The notes under the pieces are model-generated. The model was given only the letters and a program-made list of their open reading frames with translations, made no database searches and was not told the origin of the DNA. A DNA stretch of 64,000 nt from an uncultured Nitrosomonadales bacterium (GTDB taxonomy: Bacteria > Pseudomonadota > Gammaproteobacteria > Burkholderiales > Gallionellaceae). How positions within the stretch are numbered: the first letter of the stretch is position 1; each line of letters begins with the position of its first letter. The position numbers were made by a program, and so were the translations under genes. Shown here piece after piece: positions 23,373 to 34,485 of this stretch. Where the stretch lies: assembly GCA_903858965.1 (NCBI GenBank), contig CAIOKY010000075.1, positions 1,319 through 65,318 on the forward strand, given 5' to 3'.

Positions 23373-24607
23373 TCAACTGCGTTGCTTTTCGATCACTTCC
23401 CTGATCGCGCCGATACGCGCCTGTTTTACTGCGGTAGCGATGGCAGCGCTATCGGTGCACTGTTTTGCAATTTCACCGGCATCCACCGCACGTGCGACGG
23501 ACAACAATTGCAACAGGTAGTCCGCTTGCGGATAGGCATTCTGTTCGTGGCCGGTGCGGCCGCGCGCATCCGAAGCGCAAGACTGCAGCAAGTGTGTGAA
23601 ACGCTCCGGCCTGCGCCAGGCATCGGCTGCCTGGAATAAGTTGATGACGGTTTCGGCACGTAATTCCCTGGCACGATGAATGTCGCCGTGGTAGCGTGCC
23701 GCCAGCAAGGCCAGGTCGCGACATTCGCTGGAGACACGCAAACGTTGTGCAAGCATCTTTACTAATTCCACACTGCGCAATTCGTGCCCGACATGGCGCG
23801 CGGCAGAATATCCTTGGGCGTAGTACCCTTGCCCAGGTCATGGGTCAGTGCGGCGAAGCGCACTTCCAGTGTATAGCCATGTTGTGCCGCATCGTCCACA
23901 ACCAGCATGGTGTGGATGCCGCAATCGATTTCGGGATGGTGCTTTTCCGGCTGTGGAACACCGAAAAGCGCGTCTACTTCGGGGATGATTTTCGCCAGTG
24001 CGCCGCAACTGCGCAGTGTCTCGAAAAAACGCGAAGGCTTATTCTCCATCAAGCCGCGCGCCAATTCCTGCCACACGCGTTCCGCCACCAGCGCATCCAC
24101 TTCGCCATTGTTCACCATATCGCGCATCAGCGTAAGTGTCTCGGGTGCGATGGTGAAACCGAAACGCGCAGCAAAACGCGCCGCGCGCAGGATGCGGACC
24201 GGATCTTCGCTGAATGCTGCGCTGACATGGCGCAGGATGCCCGCGCGCAGATCGGCGACGCCGTTGTGCGGATCGATCAGCTTGCCATCGGCATCTTGCG
24301 CAATGGCGTTGATCGTGAAATCTCGCCGCAACAAGTCCTGCTCCAGCGTGACATCCGGCGCGGCATATACAGCGAAACCCTGATAGCCGCGCGCGGTCTT
24401 GCGCTCGGTGCGCGCCAGTGCGTATTCCTCATGGGTTTGCGGATGGAGGAACACAGGGAAATCCTTGCCTACCGGCTGAAAGCCCTGCGCCACCATGTTT
24501 TCCGGCGTGCTGCCGACCACCACCCAGTCGTGATCCTGAACGGTTAGCCCCAGCAAGCGGTCGCGCACGGCGCCGCCCACGCAATAGATTTTTGCTTCAG
24601 GGGACAT
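23373..24607 (-). pseudogene. cca: Multifunctional CCA-adding enzyme, frameshifted (real lesion or assembly error)
   Basis: ORF 23762-24607 ([42 protein letters not shown]) and ORF 23373-23780 join into one ~410 aa protein if 2 nt (GC, 23796-97) are removed, restoring PRHVGHE. Confidence 0.9.
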
Positions 24608-26567
24608 CGGGAACCACTCTATCGGCGGTCTGGTTATCCGCAGGTTTGGCCGCGATGATACCCAGACGCTGTTTTAGCGAGCGCGGTGGGTCACCGAACT
24701 GATAGGCGTAATACACGGTGTTGCTCATCACTTTTTTTACATACTCGCGTGTTTCCTCGAACGGGATGGTCTCGGTATAGATCGCGCCCTCCAGCGGCTG
24801 ATCTGCGCGCCACTGCAATGCACGCAACGGCCCGGCATTGTATGCCGCCGATGCCAGCACCGGGCTGTTGTCGGACTGGGACAGTATTGTTTTCATGTAG
24901 TAGGTGCCGAGGCGCAAGTTGGTGTCGAGTTGATGGATCAGCGCGTTGCGATAGCCTTTCATACCCAGTTGGTTTGCCGCCCAGCGTGCCGTGCTGGGCA
25001 TGATCTGCATCAGTCCGGCTGCACCCACATCGGATTTTGCGCTGGTGGCAAAACGACTTTCCTGGCGCATCAAACCATATACCCACGCTTCGTCCAGGCC
25101 ATGTTTGCGGATATGTACCTGCAAGTCGGCACGATACGGTGCGAGATAACGCATGCTGAAGTCGTGCATGTTGATGGTTTTTTCTGCCGCGCCGATGGCG
25201 CGGTCGTACATCTTGTTGCGTCGCGCGATCTCGGCTGCGGTGAGCAATTCCCTGTCGTTCAGATTGCGCAACACCCAGCGCCATTCATCCAGCGCCTCGC
25301 TGCGCAATCCAAGCCGGTACAGCGCCAGTGTGCGTTGCACGCCGGGTAATGCCGATACCGCCGCGATGGCGAACTGATCCGGTTTGAAAGTCGGCCTGGC
25401 TGCGCTCAACACCGGGGAGTCTGCCAATTCCTCGCCGGCCAGCTGCCCGTAGAAACTGTATTCGGCGCTCAGTGGCGCGAAGATTTCCCTCGCTTCGGCG
25501 ACTCTTCCCAATGCCTGCAAGGCGCGCGCTTTCCAGTATTGCCAGGTCGACTCGTGCTGTTGAGCCTCGCTCATCGCATTCACGCTTGCCAACACCGTGA
25601 CCCAATCCTGCGCGCGCAATGCCGCGCGCACCCGCCATGCTGATTGCTTTTCATCGAGCGTCGTAAAAGCCGCCGCTTTGTACCATTGCAGCGCGCGCCC
25701 ATCGAGATTGCGTGCCGCTTCGTAAGCCAGCCGGCCGTAAAAGTAATGCTGCTCGGTCAGGGGAAAAAATACCTCGACCTTCGACCAGCGTGCCGCCGCC
25801 ATATCGGGCGATTGCTTGGCCAATCGTTGCAGGGCGAATGACGTGACGATGCGCTGTCCTTCGTCCGCGTTGTGCTGGGTCAACTTTTCGGTATAGCGAT
25901 CCGGATCGGCGGACGCACTTTTCAAGGCCGCGGATAAGCCCGCGTAAGTATCATCGAGCCGTTCGGCAAGCTTGGTGGCGAGCGAGATATTGTTCGCTTC
26001 CAATGCCAGGCGCAAGCGCTGGCTGACCTCATGTTCGTTGATGATGCCGGCAGTCAATGCCGCTTCGAACAGCGCGCCGCAACTCTCCGGCTGTCCCTTG
26101 CCGGTGAACCATAACTCCCGCGCCTTGCGCAATGCGGCCAGTTCCTGGGTGCGCCTGCTCGATTGCAGGGCATAGCAGGCCAACTCGGTGTCTTCGTTGA
26201 TCAGGTGCGGGTATTCGGCATCGAACAAATCCCATTGTTGCTTTTTACCGAGCAATTTCAGCCACTCGACGCGCAACATGTCGATCAGCGGCGTGTCATC
26301 CGGACGGGAAAGAAAACTTTGGACATCTTTTTCAAGGGAGTCGGGGACAGGCTTCGCGTCGGCGTCGTCCAAGCCCAGGCGCAACTGGTAATAACTGACG
26401 TACACCTCCAGCGGCGAGTTCTTCAACCGTCGTGCATAGCGTCCCAGCTTGGCCGCATCGCCGGCAAGATAAGCATCGTGTGCGGCAAGGAAATCCGTTG
26501 AGCCCGCAGGCTGGTCTGCCAGTGCAGGCGACGCGATCAGCAATAAAAAATAAAGTATGAATCTCAT
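24597..26567 (-). CDS. slt: Soluble lytic murein transglycosylase
   Basis: [37 protein letters not shown]. Confidence 0.95.
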   Translation of the reverse strand: MRFILYFLLLIASPALADQPAGSTDFLAAHDAYLAGDAAKLGRYARRLKNSPLEVYVSYYQLRLGLDDADAKPVPDSLEKDVQSFLSRPDDTPLIDMLRVEWLKLLGKKQQWDLFDAEYPHLINEDTELACYALQSSRRTQELAALRKARELWFTGKGQPESCGALFEAALTAGIINEHEVSQRLRLALEANNISLATKLAERLDDTYAGLSAALKSASADPDRYTEKLTQHNADEGQRIVTSFALQRLAKQSPDMAAARWSKVEVFFPLTEQHYFYGRLAYEAARNLDGRALQWYKAAAFTTLDEKQSAWRVRAALRAQDWVTVLASVNAMSEAQQHESTWQYWKARALQALGRVAEAREIFAPLSAEYSFYGQLAGEELADSPVLSAARPTFKPDQFAIAAVSALPGVQRTLALYRLGLRSEALDEWRWVLRNLNDRELLTAAEIARRNKMYDRAIGAAEKTINMHDFSMRYLAPYRADLQVHIRKHGLDEAWVYGLMRQESRFATSAKSDVGAAGLMQIMPSTARWAANQLGMKGYRNALIHQLDTNLRLGTYYMKTILSQSDNSPVLASAAYNAGPLRALQWRADQPLEGAIYTETIPFEETREYVKKVMSNTVYYAYQFGDPPRSLKQRLGIIAAKPADNQTADRVVPDVP

Positions 26568-26653
26568 TACCAGCCATCAATAAATCATTCCTGCGGAGCA
26601 TAGCACAACGCAATGTGCCACTTGAGCAAAGGGCGGCAAAGCCTCTGCCACGC

Positions 26654-28459
26654 TTATTTTTTCGGTGCTGCTTTCCCGGCCTTTGCATCCTGCAGCAGGT
26701 TGACGGTATCGGCCTCAAACAGTGACTTTAATTGTTCCGTGGCAAGTCGGGAATTCTGAATGAGCTTGGCCTCATCCTGATGAACCGCGTGCTGGACCTC
26801 TATCAGCTCTTCGTCGTGCTTTCTGAACAGCGTAACGGCACGTTCTGCTACCGTGTCGGTGAAGCCGAGCTTGAGCAGTGCTTGGCGTGCGACTTCGACG
26901 CTGGTCAAAAACGTTTCGCGGTAGATCATCTTGACACCGAGGTCACGCAAACGGAAATGGTGGGTTCTGTTGCGTGCCCGCGCCAAGATGGGCAGGTCGG
27001 GGAAGTGCTGGCGAACCAGCGCGGCAGTTTTCAGCGAGGCTTCGATGTCGTCGATGGCGAGCACAAATAGTTTTGCTTCGGCGATTTTCGCCGACAACAG
27101 CAGATCAAGCCGGGTCGCATCGCCGAAATAAATCTTGCTGCCGAAGCGTCGCACAAAATCCACTTGCTGGTAGTTCACCTCCAGCGCCGTGAACGGTATC
27201 CCGCACATTCTCAGCACACGCGCAACGATCTGCCCAACGCGACCGAAACCGGCGATGATGACAGGATTTGCCGGGCCGTCTATCACGTCATATTCAGGCA
27301 CGCTGGTACGATCCAGCCAACGCGAGATGAGGCGATCATGCGCCACCATCACCAAGGGAGCGAGCAACAGCGAAATGGTTACCGCCATGATCAACATCTG
27401 CGATGTTGCAAGATCGAATACACCCAAGCCTGCTGCGGCAGTGAACAGCACAAAGGCAAACTCGCCGCCCTGGGCCAGCGCAACCGCAAGCCGCTGCGCG
27501 GTGTCGTTGCTTGCGCTGGTGGCACGTGAAATGGCGTACATTACCGCAAACTTGATCAGCATCATGCCCAGCGCCAGCCCGAACAGCAGGAACGGCGCCT
27601 GCCACACCAGCATCAGGTTCGCACTCATGCCGACTGCCATGAAAAACAGGCCAAGCAACAGGCCTTTGAACGGCTCGATGTCCGCTTCCAGCTCATGACG
27701 GAATTCGGAGTCTGCCAGCAAGACCCCGGCCAGGAAGGCACCCAGCGACATCGACAACCCGATCTTTTCCATGATCAGTGCCGTGCCTATCACCAGCAGC
27801 AATGCGGCAGCGGTGAAAACTTCCCGACTCCGGTTGTTGGCGATGAATTTCAGCGCAGGCCGGATACACAGCCTGCTGGCGGCGATGAACACGGCGATGA
27901 TGGCGATTCCCTTGGCGGTTGCCAGCCATCGGTTGCCGTCATGTCCTTGTATGGCGGCCAACAGCGGCAGCAGTGCAAGCATGGGAATGACCGCGAGATC
28001 CTGAAACAGCAATATCGCAAACGACTCCCGTCCATAGCGTGTCAGGAGTTGTCCACGCTCGGCCAGGGAAGACATGACCAGAGCGGTGGACGACATCGCA
28101 CAACCAAAACCGATGATCAGCGCCGCCTGCCAGGAAAATCCAGCCACCATGGCAAGCAATCCGATCACGATGCTCGTCGCTGCCACTTGTGCGCCGCCCA
28201 ATCCGAACACCGAATTACGCAAAGTCCACAGTCGCCGAGGTTCCAGCTCAAGGCCGATGAGGAACAACAGCAACACGACACCGAATTCGGAAAATTGCAG
28301 GGTGGAGTCTACTGCACCAACGATGCCCAGACCCCAGGGGCCGATGATCATGCCGGATGCCAGATAGCCCAGCACGGCACCGAGTTTCAGGCGCTGAAAG
28401 ATCGGCACGATGAGCACAGCGGCGAGCAGGAAGATTGCGACTTGTTGGAGTAGTTGCAT
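26654..28459 (-). CDS. kefC: Glutathione-regulated K+ efflux protein (KefB/KefC, CPA2 family)
   Basis: LGAVLGYL, SEFGVVLLLFLIGLEL, LLFQDLA, AQGGEFAFV, IIAGFGRVGQ (KTN domain). Confidence 0.88.
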   Translation of the reverse strand: MQLLQQVAIFLLAAVLIVPIFQRLKLGAVLGYLASGMIIGPWGLGIVGAVDSTLQFSEFGVVLLLFLIGLELEPRRLWTLRNSVFGLGGAQVAATSIVIGLLAMVAGFSWQAALIIGFGCAMSSTALVMSSLAERGQLLTRYGRESFAILLFQDLAVIPMLALLPLLAAIQGHDGNRWLATAKGIAIIAVFIAASRLCIRPALKFIANNRSREVFTAAALLLVIGTALIMEKIGLSMSLGAFLAGVLLADSEFRHELEADIEPFKGLLLGLFFMAVGMSANLMLVWQAPFLLFGLALGMMLIKFAVMYAISRATSASNDTAQRLAVALAQGGEFAFVLFTAAAGLGVFDLATSQMLIMAVTISLLLAPLVMVAHDRLISRWLDRTSVPEYDVIDGPANPVIIAGFGRVGQIVARVLRMCGIPFTALEVNYQQVDFVRRFGSKIYFGDATRLDLLLSAKIAEAKLFVLAIDDIEASLKTAALVRQHFPDLPILARARNRTHHFRLRDLGVKMIYRETFLTSVEVARQALLKLGFTDTVAERAVTLFRKHDEELIEVQHAVHQDEAKLIQNSRLATEQLKSLFEADTVNLLQDAKAGKAAPKK

Positions 28460-28551
28460 ATCGTTCACCAAAGATATGGGCTGACGGGCATAACAACCGG
28501 AAGCGGGTTGTGCGTCATGCCGTTAATCATTTCAGTATCGATAGATACCGC

Positions 28552-29109
28552 TTAATTCCGAATGATTTTACCATCGGCCCACATGCTGATGGTCGAAGGC
28601 TGCTTGCGCTTGCCCACGCGTCCGGGCAACACCCACACATCGTGCCCGAACAGGCGTTGGCATTGCGCGTAAGTTTTTGTCGGACGCTGCCCGCTGCGAT
28701 TGGCGCTGGTGGAGACCAATGCGCTATTCACGCCACGACAGAGTTGCGCGGCTTGCTGGTGTGCAGTCAAGCGTATCGCCAGTGTGTCATGGCTGCCGCG
28801 CAACCAGCGCGGTGCGGAATGCAGTACCGGCATCAGATAGGTGATCGCCTGTGCACCGGCTGTCTTGAGTTGCTGCTGCTGGGCCGGTGTGAGCGGATGC
28901 AGGTAGCGTGATACTTGCCGGTAATTCGCCGCGATCAGTATCAATCCTTTTTGTTGCGGACGCTGCTTCAGTTTGAGCAGACGTTGCACCGCGCCGCGGT
29001 TGTCCGGATCGCAGCCCAGGCCGTAGCAGGATTCGGTCGGGTAGGCGATCAGGCCGCCGCATCTGAGATGTGCGGCGATGCGGCGGTACGATGTGTGGCG
29101 TCGAAACAA
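28552..29109 (-). CDS. tsaC: L-threonylcarbamoyladenylate synthase (Sua5/YrdC)
   Basis: IAYPTESCYGLGCDP, KQRPQQKGLILIA, LVSTSANRSG. Confidence 0.92.
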   Translation of the reverse strand: MFRRHTSYRRIAAHLRCGGLIAYPTESCYGLGCDPDNRGAVQRLLKLKQRPQQKGLILIAANYRQVSRYLHPLTPAQQQQLKTAGAQAITYLMPVLHSAPRWLRGSHDTLAIRLTAHQQAAQLCRGVNSALVSTSANRSGQRPTKTYAQCQRLFGHDVWVLPGRVGKRKQPSTISMWADGKIIRN

Positions 29110-30387
29110 TTACTTCCTGTTGATCGCGCGATATCCAATATCGCGGCGCATCTGGCAGCCGTCGAAGTGAATGGTGTCGGCGATCTCATAGGCGCGTTTC
29201 TGCGCCATCTTCACCATCGTACCCAGCGCGGTGACGCACAGCACGCGTCCGCCGCTGGTGACGACCTTGCTGTCTTGCATGGTGGTGCCGGCATGAAATA
29301 CGTGTCCGTCTTCCAGATTTTTCGCCACTGGCAGCCCGGTGATGACATCGCCCTTGCGCGGCGTGTCGGGATAATTGGCGGCGGCCATCACCACGCCGAG
29401 TGCGGTGCGCCTGTCCCAATCCACTTCTACCTGATCCAGCGTGCCGTTGATCGCGTGCTGGACGATTAACGCAAAATCGCTCTTCATGCGCAACATGATG
29501 GGCTGCGTCTCCGGGTCGCCCATGCGGCAGTTGAATTCCAGCACCTTGGCATTGCCCTCTGCATCTATCATCAATCCGGCATACAAAAATCCGGTGTAGG
29601 TGATGCCTTCTTTTTCCATACCGCGCACCACCGGCTGGATCACCTCGCGCAGCACGCGTGCATGTAATTGCGGCGTGACCACCGGTGCAGGCGAATATGC
29701 ACCCATCCCACCGGTGTTGGGCCCATTGTCGCCATCCAATAAACGCTTGTGATCCTGGCTGGTGGCCATCGCCAGCACATTCTTGCCGTCCACCATCACG
29801 ATGAAACTGGCCTCTTCTCCTGCAAGGAATTCCTCGACCACCACGCGTGCACCGGCATCACCCAGTTTATTATCCGACAGCATCATGTCGATCGCCGCGA
29901 ACGCTTCGTCCTTGTCCATCGCGACCACCACGCCCTTGCCGGCAGCGAGTCCGTCGGCCTTGATGACGATGGGTGCGCCGTGCTTTTCGACATAAGCTTT
30001 AGCGTTTTTGATATCGCTGAAGGTCTCGAAGAATGCGGTCGGGATGTTATGGCGCACCATGAAACGCTTGGCGAAATCCTTGGACGATTCGAGTTGCGCC
30101 GCAGCCTTGGTCGGACCGAATATTTTTAATTCGGCAGCGCGGAAATCATCCACGATACCAGCAGCCAGCGGCGTTTCCGGGCCGACCACGGTCATGTAGA
30201 TATCTTCGCGTTTGACGAATTCGATGAGCTCGGGAATGGCGGTGATCGCGATATTTTCCACGCCTTCTTCCAACGCCGTGCCCGCGTTGCCCGGCGCGAC
30301 ATACACCTTCTGCACCTTGGCGCCTTGCGCCAAACGCCATGCCAGCGCGTGCTCGCGCCCGCCGGAACCGATGACTAAAATTTTCAT
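29110..30387 (-). CDS. purD: Phosphoribosylamine-glycine ligase
   Basis: LVIGSGGREHAL, LESSKDFAK, KADGLAAGKGV, NTGGMGAYSP, EFNCRMGDPE. Confidence 0.99.
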   Translation of the reverse strand: MKILVIGSGGREHALAWRLAQGAKVQKVYVAPGNAGTALEEGVENIAITAIPELIEFVKREDIYMTVVGPETPLAAGIVDDFRAAELKIFGPTKAAAQLESSKDFAKRFMVRHNIPTAFFETFSDIKNAKAYVEKHGAPIVIKADGLAAGKGVVVAMDKDEAFAAIDMMLSDNKLGDAGARVVVEEFLAGEEASFIVMVDGKNVLAMATSQDHKRLLDGDNGPNTGGMGAYSPAPVVTPQLHARVLREVIQPVVRGMEKEGITYTGFLYAGLMIDAEGNAKVLEFNCRMGDPETQPIMLRMKSDFALIVQHAINGTLDQVEVDWDRRTALGVVMAAANYPDTPRKGDVITGLPVAKNLEDGHVFHAGTTMQDSKVVTSGGRVLCVTALGTMVKMAQKRAYEIADTIHFDGCQMRRDIGYRAINRK

Positions 30388-30397
30388 AACCAATAAC

Positions 30398-31480
30398 TCA
30401 AGATGTTTTAGAGAATTCTTTTAACTGCTCAATTCGCTCACGAGTAAGCCATGTTTTCCAAACAACATCCGCAACTGATGGATATTTTTGTTTGGCAAAT
30501 ATAACCCAAGCATCCCGGAATTTGAGCCATGCGCGCTGAGTATTTTTAATGCCATCTTTGGTTACTGTTCCCCACAAAGAAACTTGATTTTCAGTCTTTC
30601 CCTGAATTTCCTTGTAGATCATGTTCAGTTCGCGATCCACTTGGATAAAGTCTTCTTTGCTATACGAAGGAAATTCGCCATGACTGAACTTTCCCATTGA
30701 GGAGACAAAATTTTCTTCCAGTGACTCTGCATGTTCAATCACAAAGGCAGATCTTCCAGTGCCAGATTGATCGACCTCGTTTACGCTGGCCTCAAGATAT
30801 TTTTTCCAAACTAGGCGCAATCGTTCAAACTCCTGCTTGTCATCCTTAGACCAGGAAGAAATTAATCCGGCAAGCTCTGAGTCTCGTTTGTTCTTTTTAT
30901 TGCCTGCGTCCCTACTAGCACACCACCCTGCCATTTCGCCGCTAGTAACATCATCACAGTAATCGAAATTCCTGCTCTGGTTACCTGCTTGGCGAAGTTG
31001 ATTCAATGAGAGTATGCGCCCTTCATATTCGGCGGGTGCACCATCGGCATCATCACATGCAAATTTCAATGCCAAATCAAGATTCCGTTTTACCCCTTCT
31101 CCATTAGCATAGACTCGCATCAAAACAGCTATTCCTTCAAAGGGACCATCTCGTCGGTTTTGTTCGACTTGCAGATATGCGCATTTCCTTGCTTTAACTG
31201 GATCATAGGGTAGATTACCAGAAGAACATAGATTCTGTTTTTCTTCCAAGGTTGGCTTATCTTCAGATGGGATAGTTACAAGTGCAGCCTGTTGGCAAAT
31301 CTGGTGTATCTTTTCGCAATGAAGCAGGAATGAACTCTTTTTACACAAATACTCATACGTAGTATTTTCGGCAAAACATGTGCTGAAAAAAATTAATGTG
31401 CAAAAGCATAAAGAACTTCCAATGATGGTTTTCAAAGAAATGCTTTGTATAGATGAGCGACCATTGGTTTGCAATTGCAT
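30398..31480 (-). CDS. Secreted Sel1-like repeat plus LprI/DUF1311-like protein
   Basis: AAGGAG RBS, signal peptide, YANGEGVKRNLDLALKFAC, DRELNMIYK and QRAWLKFRDA motifs; visibly AT-rich. Confidence 0.7.
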   Translation of the reverse strand: MQLQTNGRSSIQSISLKTIIGSSLCFCTLIFFSTCFAENTTYEYLCKKSSFLLHCEKIHQICQQAALVTIPSEDKPTLEEKQNLCSSGNLPYDPVKARKCAYLQVEQNRRDGPFEGIAVLMRVYANGEGVKRNLDLALKFACDDADGAPAEYEGRILSLNQLRQAGNQSRNFDYCDDVTSGEMAGWCASRDAGNKKNKRDSELAGLISSWSKDDKQEFERLRLVWKKYLEASVNEVDQSGTGRSAFVIEHAESLEENFVSSMGKFSHGEFPSYSKEDFIQVDRELNMIYKEIQGKTENQVSLWGTVTKDGIKNTQRAWLKFRDAWVIFAKQKYPSVADVVWKTWLTRERIEQLKEFSKTS

Positions 31481-31527
31481 CTCCTTGCTTTACAGGCGAG
31501 AAACCGCCGCCTGAACGTAATTAGCAG

Positions 31528-33093
31528 TTAATGTCTAAAATGCCGATACCCCGTAAACACCATCGCAATCCCATGTTCATCCGCAGCCGCGATCACTTCC
31601 GCGTCGCGCATCGAACCGCCGGGCTGGATCACTGCTTTCGCGCCCGCCTCGGCTAACACATCGATACCGTCGCGGAACGGGAAGAAGGCGTCCGACGACA
31701 CTACTGAATCCTTCAGGCTCAGACCCGCGTTCTGCGCTTTGATGCTGGCGATGCGCGTGCTATCCACGCGGCTCATTTGCCCCGCGCCCACGCCTAGTGT
31801 CTGGCCATTCTTGCAGAACACGATCGCATTGGACTTCACATATTTCGCTACACGCCAAGCGAACAACAGGTCTTGCAGTTGCTCCTTGCTCGGCTGAATC
31901 TTGCTCACGACCTTGAGTTGCGTCGCTTGCACATTGAGCGTATCCGGCGTCTGCACCAGCAGGCCGCCATTGACGCGCTTGAAATCATATTGGTTGTGCG
32001 CGTTGGACAGTGGCGCGGTGAGCACGCGCACGTTCTGTTTTGCCGCAGTGACCTTGAGTGCCGCTTCGGAAGCGCTCGGTGCGATGATGAGTTCGACGAA
32101 TTGGTTGGCGGTGATCTGAGTTGCGCTGTCGGCATCCAGTTCGCGGTTGAAGGCGATGATGCCGCCGAACGCGGAAGTGGTGTCGGTCGCATACGCCAGC
32201 TTGTAGGCATTCAATGGCGTGTCGGCGATCGCTACACCGCACGGGTTGGCGTGCTTGACGATCACACAGGCAGGTTGATCGAACGTCTTGACCAGTTCCC
32301 AGGCCGCATCGGCATCACCGATGTTGTTGTAGGACAATTCCTTGCCTTGCAGCTGCGTGTAACCGGCGATGCCGCCGGCGACCGGAACGAGGTCGCGGTA
32401 GAACGCAGCGCTCTGGTGCGGGTTTTCGCCGTAGCGCATGTCCTGTACCTTGGCGAAATTGAAATTGATCTGCGCCGGGAATGCATTCTTCGTGCCGTCC
32501 GCATCGATCGCGGTGAGGTAGTTGCTGATCGCGGCATCGTAAGCGGCAGTATGCGAGAAGGCCTTTTTCGCCAGATCGAAACGGGTCGCGTCGCTCACTG
32601 CGCCTTTGTTGGTTTGCATTTCGGCCAGCACGTCAGCGTAATCGATCGGATCAGTGACGATAGCCACATGCGGATGGTTCTTCGCTGCGGCGCGCACCAT
32701 CGTCGGCCCGCCGATGTCGATGTTCTCGATGGCATCTTCCAGCGAGCAATCCGGTTTGGCGACGGTGGCGCTGAACGGGTACAGGTTCACTACCACCAGA
32801 TCAATAGTTGGAATGTTATGTTTCTTCAGCGTGGCGACATGCTCGGGCAGATCGCGCCGAGCGAGGATGCCCGCATGGACTTTCGGTTGCAGCGTCTTGA
32901 CGCGTCCATCGAGCATCTCGGGGAAACCGGTGTAATCTGCCACTTCGGTGACCGGGACGCCGTTGTCTGCGAGCAGTTTGGCAGTGCCGCCGGTGGAGAG
33001 TATCTTCACGCCCAGTTGGCTCAAGCCTTGCGCGAATTCGAGTACGCCGGACTTGTCCGACACGCTGATGAGTGCTTGTTTGATTGCTGCCAT
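31528..33093 (-). CDS. purH: Bifunctional AICAR transformylase/IMP cyclohydrolase
   Basis: [48 protein letters not shown]. Confidence 0.99.
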   Translation of the reverse strand: MAAIKQALISVSDKSGVLEFAQGLSQLGVKILSTGGTAKLLADNGVPVTEVADYTGFPEMLDGRVKTLQPKVHAGILARRDLPEHVATLKKHNIPTIDLVVVNLYPFSATVAKPDCSLEDAIENIDIGGPTMVRAAAKNHPHVAIVTDPIDYADVLAEMQTNKGAVSDATRFDLAKKAFSHTAAYDAAISNYLTAIDADGTKNAFPAQINFNFAKVQDMRYGENPHQSAAFYRDLVPVAGGIAGYTQLQGKELSYNNIGDADAAWELVKTFDQPACVIVKHANPCGVAIADTPLNAYKLAYATDTTSAFGGIIAFNRELDADSATQITANQFVELIIAPSASEAALKVTAAKQNVRVLTAPLSNAHNQYDFKRVNGGLLVQTPDTLNVQATQLKVVSKIQPSKEQLQDLLFAWRVAKYVKSNAIVFCKNGQTLGVGAGQMSRVDSTRIASIKAQNAGLSLKDSVVSSDAFFPFRDGIDVLAEAGAKAVIQPGGSMRDAEVIAAADEHGIAMVFTGYRHFRH

Positions 33094-33157
33094 GATGATT
33101 CCGATGAAAATGAATTGGGGTAGGGCTGTGTGTTGCGCGTCTTAGGTTGTCGTGTGT

Positions 33158-33409
33158 CTAGGCGATGCCGTGCTCCTGCATCTTCTTGCGCAAGGTGTTG
33201 CGATTGATGCCCAGCATTTCTGCCGCACGTGTCTGGTTGCCGCCAACGTGTTCCAGCACCATTTCCAGCAACGGTTTCTCGACGCAGTTGATCACCATGT
33301 CGTACATTTCGCAGCAGGGATCTTCGCCGTCGAGATCCTTGAAATATTCCTTGAGTGACTTGCGCACATAGCGCGCCATTTCATTTTCGTTGATCAATCC
33401 ATCGCTCAT
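33158..33409 (-). CDS. fis: DNA-binding protein Fis
   Basis: VEKPLLEMVL, GNQTRAAEMLGINRNTLRKK; downstream of dusB. Confidence 0.95.
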   Translation of the reverse strand: MSDGLINENEMARYVRKSLKEYFKDLDGEDPCCEMYDMVINCVEKPLLEMVLEHVGGNQTRAAEMLGINRNTLRKKMQEHGIA

Positions 33410-34413
33410 GCTGCCAGTTCCTCAATGTAATGCAATTGTGTTCCACGCTGGGCCTGCTCTGTGAAAAATGCGTCCACTGCCGCCAATTGTTCGGCGGGAT
33501 TTTCCAGTTGATTCATGTGATGCCTGAAGTGTGCCGATCCGCTCAAGCCCTTGGTGTACCAGGAGATGTGTTTGCGCGCCACGCGCAAGCCGGTGTGCTC
33601 GCCGTAGAAATCGTAAAGTTCGTGCACATGCGCTACCAGCACGCGATGGATCTCGCCGACTTGCGGCGCGGGCAGATGCGTGCCGGTTTTCAGGAAGTGT
33701 TCGATCTCGCGGAACAGCCACGGACGGCCCTGCGCGGCGCGGCCTATCATAACGGCATCCGCGCCGGTTTGTTCCAGCACGAATTTGACTTTTTCCGGTG
33801 TGGTGATGTCGCCGTTGGCGATGATGGGTATGCTCACACTGGCCTTGACTGCGGCAATGGTGTCGTATTCGGCATCGCCGGTGTAGGCGCAGGCGCGGGT
33901 GCGTCCGTGTATCGCAAGGGCCTGGATGCCGGATGCTTCGGCGATCCTGGCGATGCGGATCGCATTGCGATTCTGCTTGTCCCAGCCGGTACGTATCTTG
34001 AGCGTGACGGGCACATTCACCGCGCTGACCACGGCTTCCAGCAAGGTCGCCACCAGAGGCTCATTCTGCAACAGCGCGGAACCGGCCATCACGTTGCAGA
34101 TCTTTTTCGCCGGACAACCCATGTTGATGTCGATGATCTGCGCGCCGTTGTCCACGGTGTATTGTGCGGCCTGCGCCAGCATTTTCGGATCGGCACCGAC
34201 AATCTGCACCGAGATCGGATCGACTTCGCCTTCATGGTTGGCGCGCCGCATGGTCTTCTCCGAGCCGTACAGCAGCGAGTTGGAAGACACCATTTCGCTC
34301 ACCGCCATGCCCGCCCCCATGCGCTTGCACAGCATGCGGAAAGGGCGATCCGTCACGCCTGCCATCGGTGCGACGATGAGGTTGTTCTTTAATTTGTAGG
34401 GGCCGATGTGCAT
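33406..34413 (-). CDS. dusB: tRNA-dihydrouridine synthase B
   Basis: APMAGVTD, IDINMGCPAKK, VTLKIRTG, IHGRTR, VMIGRAAQG. Confidence 0.97.
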   Translation of the reverse strand: MHIGPYKLKNNLIVAPMAGVTDRPFRMLCKRMGAGMAVSEMVSSNSLLYGSEKTMRRANHEGEVDPISVQIVGADPKMLAQAAQYTVDNGAQIIDINMGCPAKKICNVMAGSALLQNEPLVATLLEAVVSAVNVPVTLKIRTGWDKQNRNAIRIARIAEASGIQALAIHGRTRACAYTGDAEYDTIAAVKASVSIPIIANGDITTPEKVKFVLEQTGADAVMIGRAAQGRPWLFREIEHFLKTGTHLPAPQVGEIHRVLVAHVHELYDFYGEHTGLRVARKHISWYTKGLSGSAHFRHHMNQLENPAEQLAAVDAFFTEQAQRGTQLHYIEELAA

Positions 34414-34479
34414 CTTGTTTTATTTTGCGGTTTTATAGTCTGGTATTTTTCGCCAGCGGATTTTCCGCGAGGGGGAGGG

Positions 34480-34485
34480 ATTATA
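34480..34485 (-). promoter_or_regulatory. -10 box of the dusB-fis promoter with GC-rich discriminator
   Basis: Minus strand TATAAT followed by CCCTCCCCCTCGCGG; no clear -35. Confidence 0.5.

Noticed and set aside
31873-33123. Long antisense ORFs (416 aa over purH, 384 aa over aceE, 434 aa over aceF, 320 aa over dusB and others)
   Set aside because: Shadow frames expected from GC3-rich coding on the opposite strand; no protein motifs.
33094-33157. ZTP riboswitch upstream of purH
   Set aside because: Only 64 bp, with no aptamer core visible.
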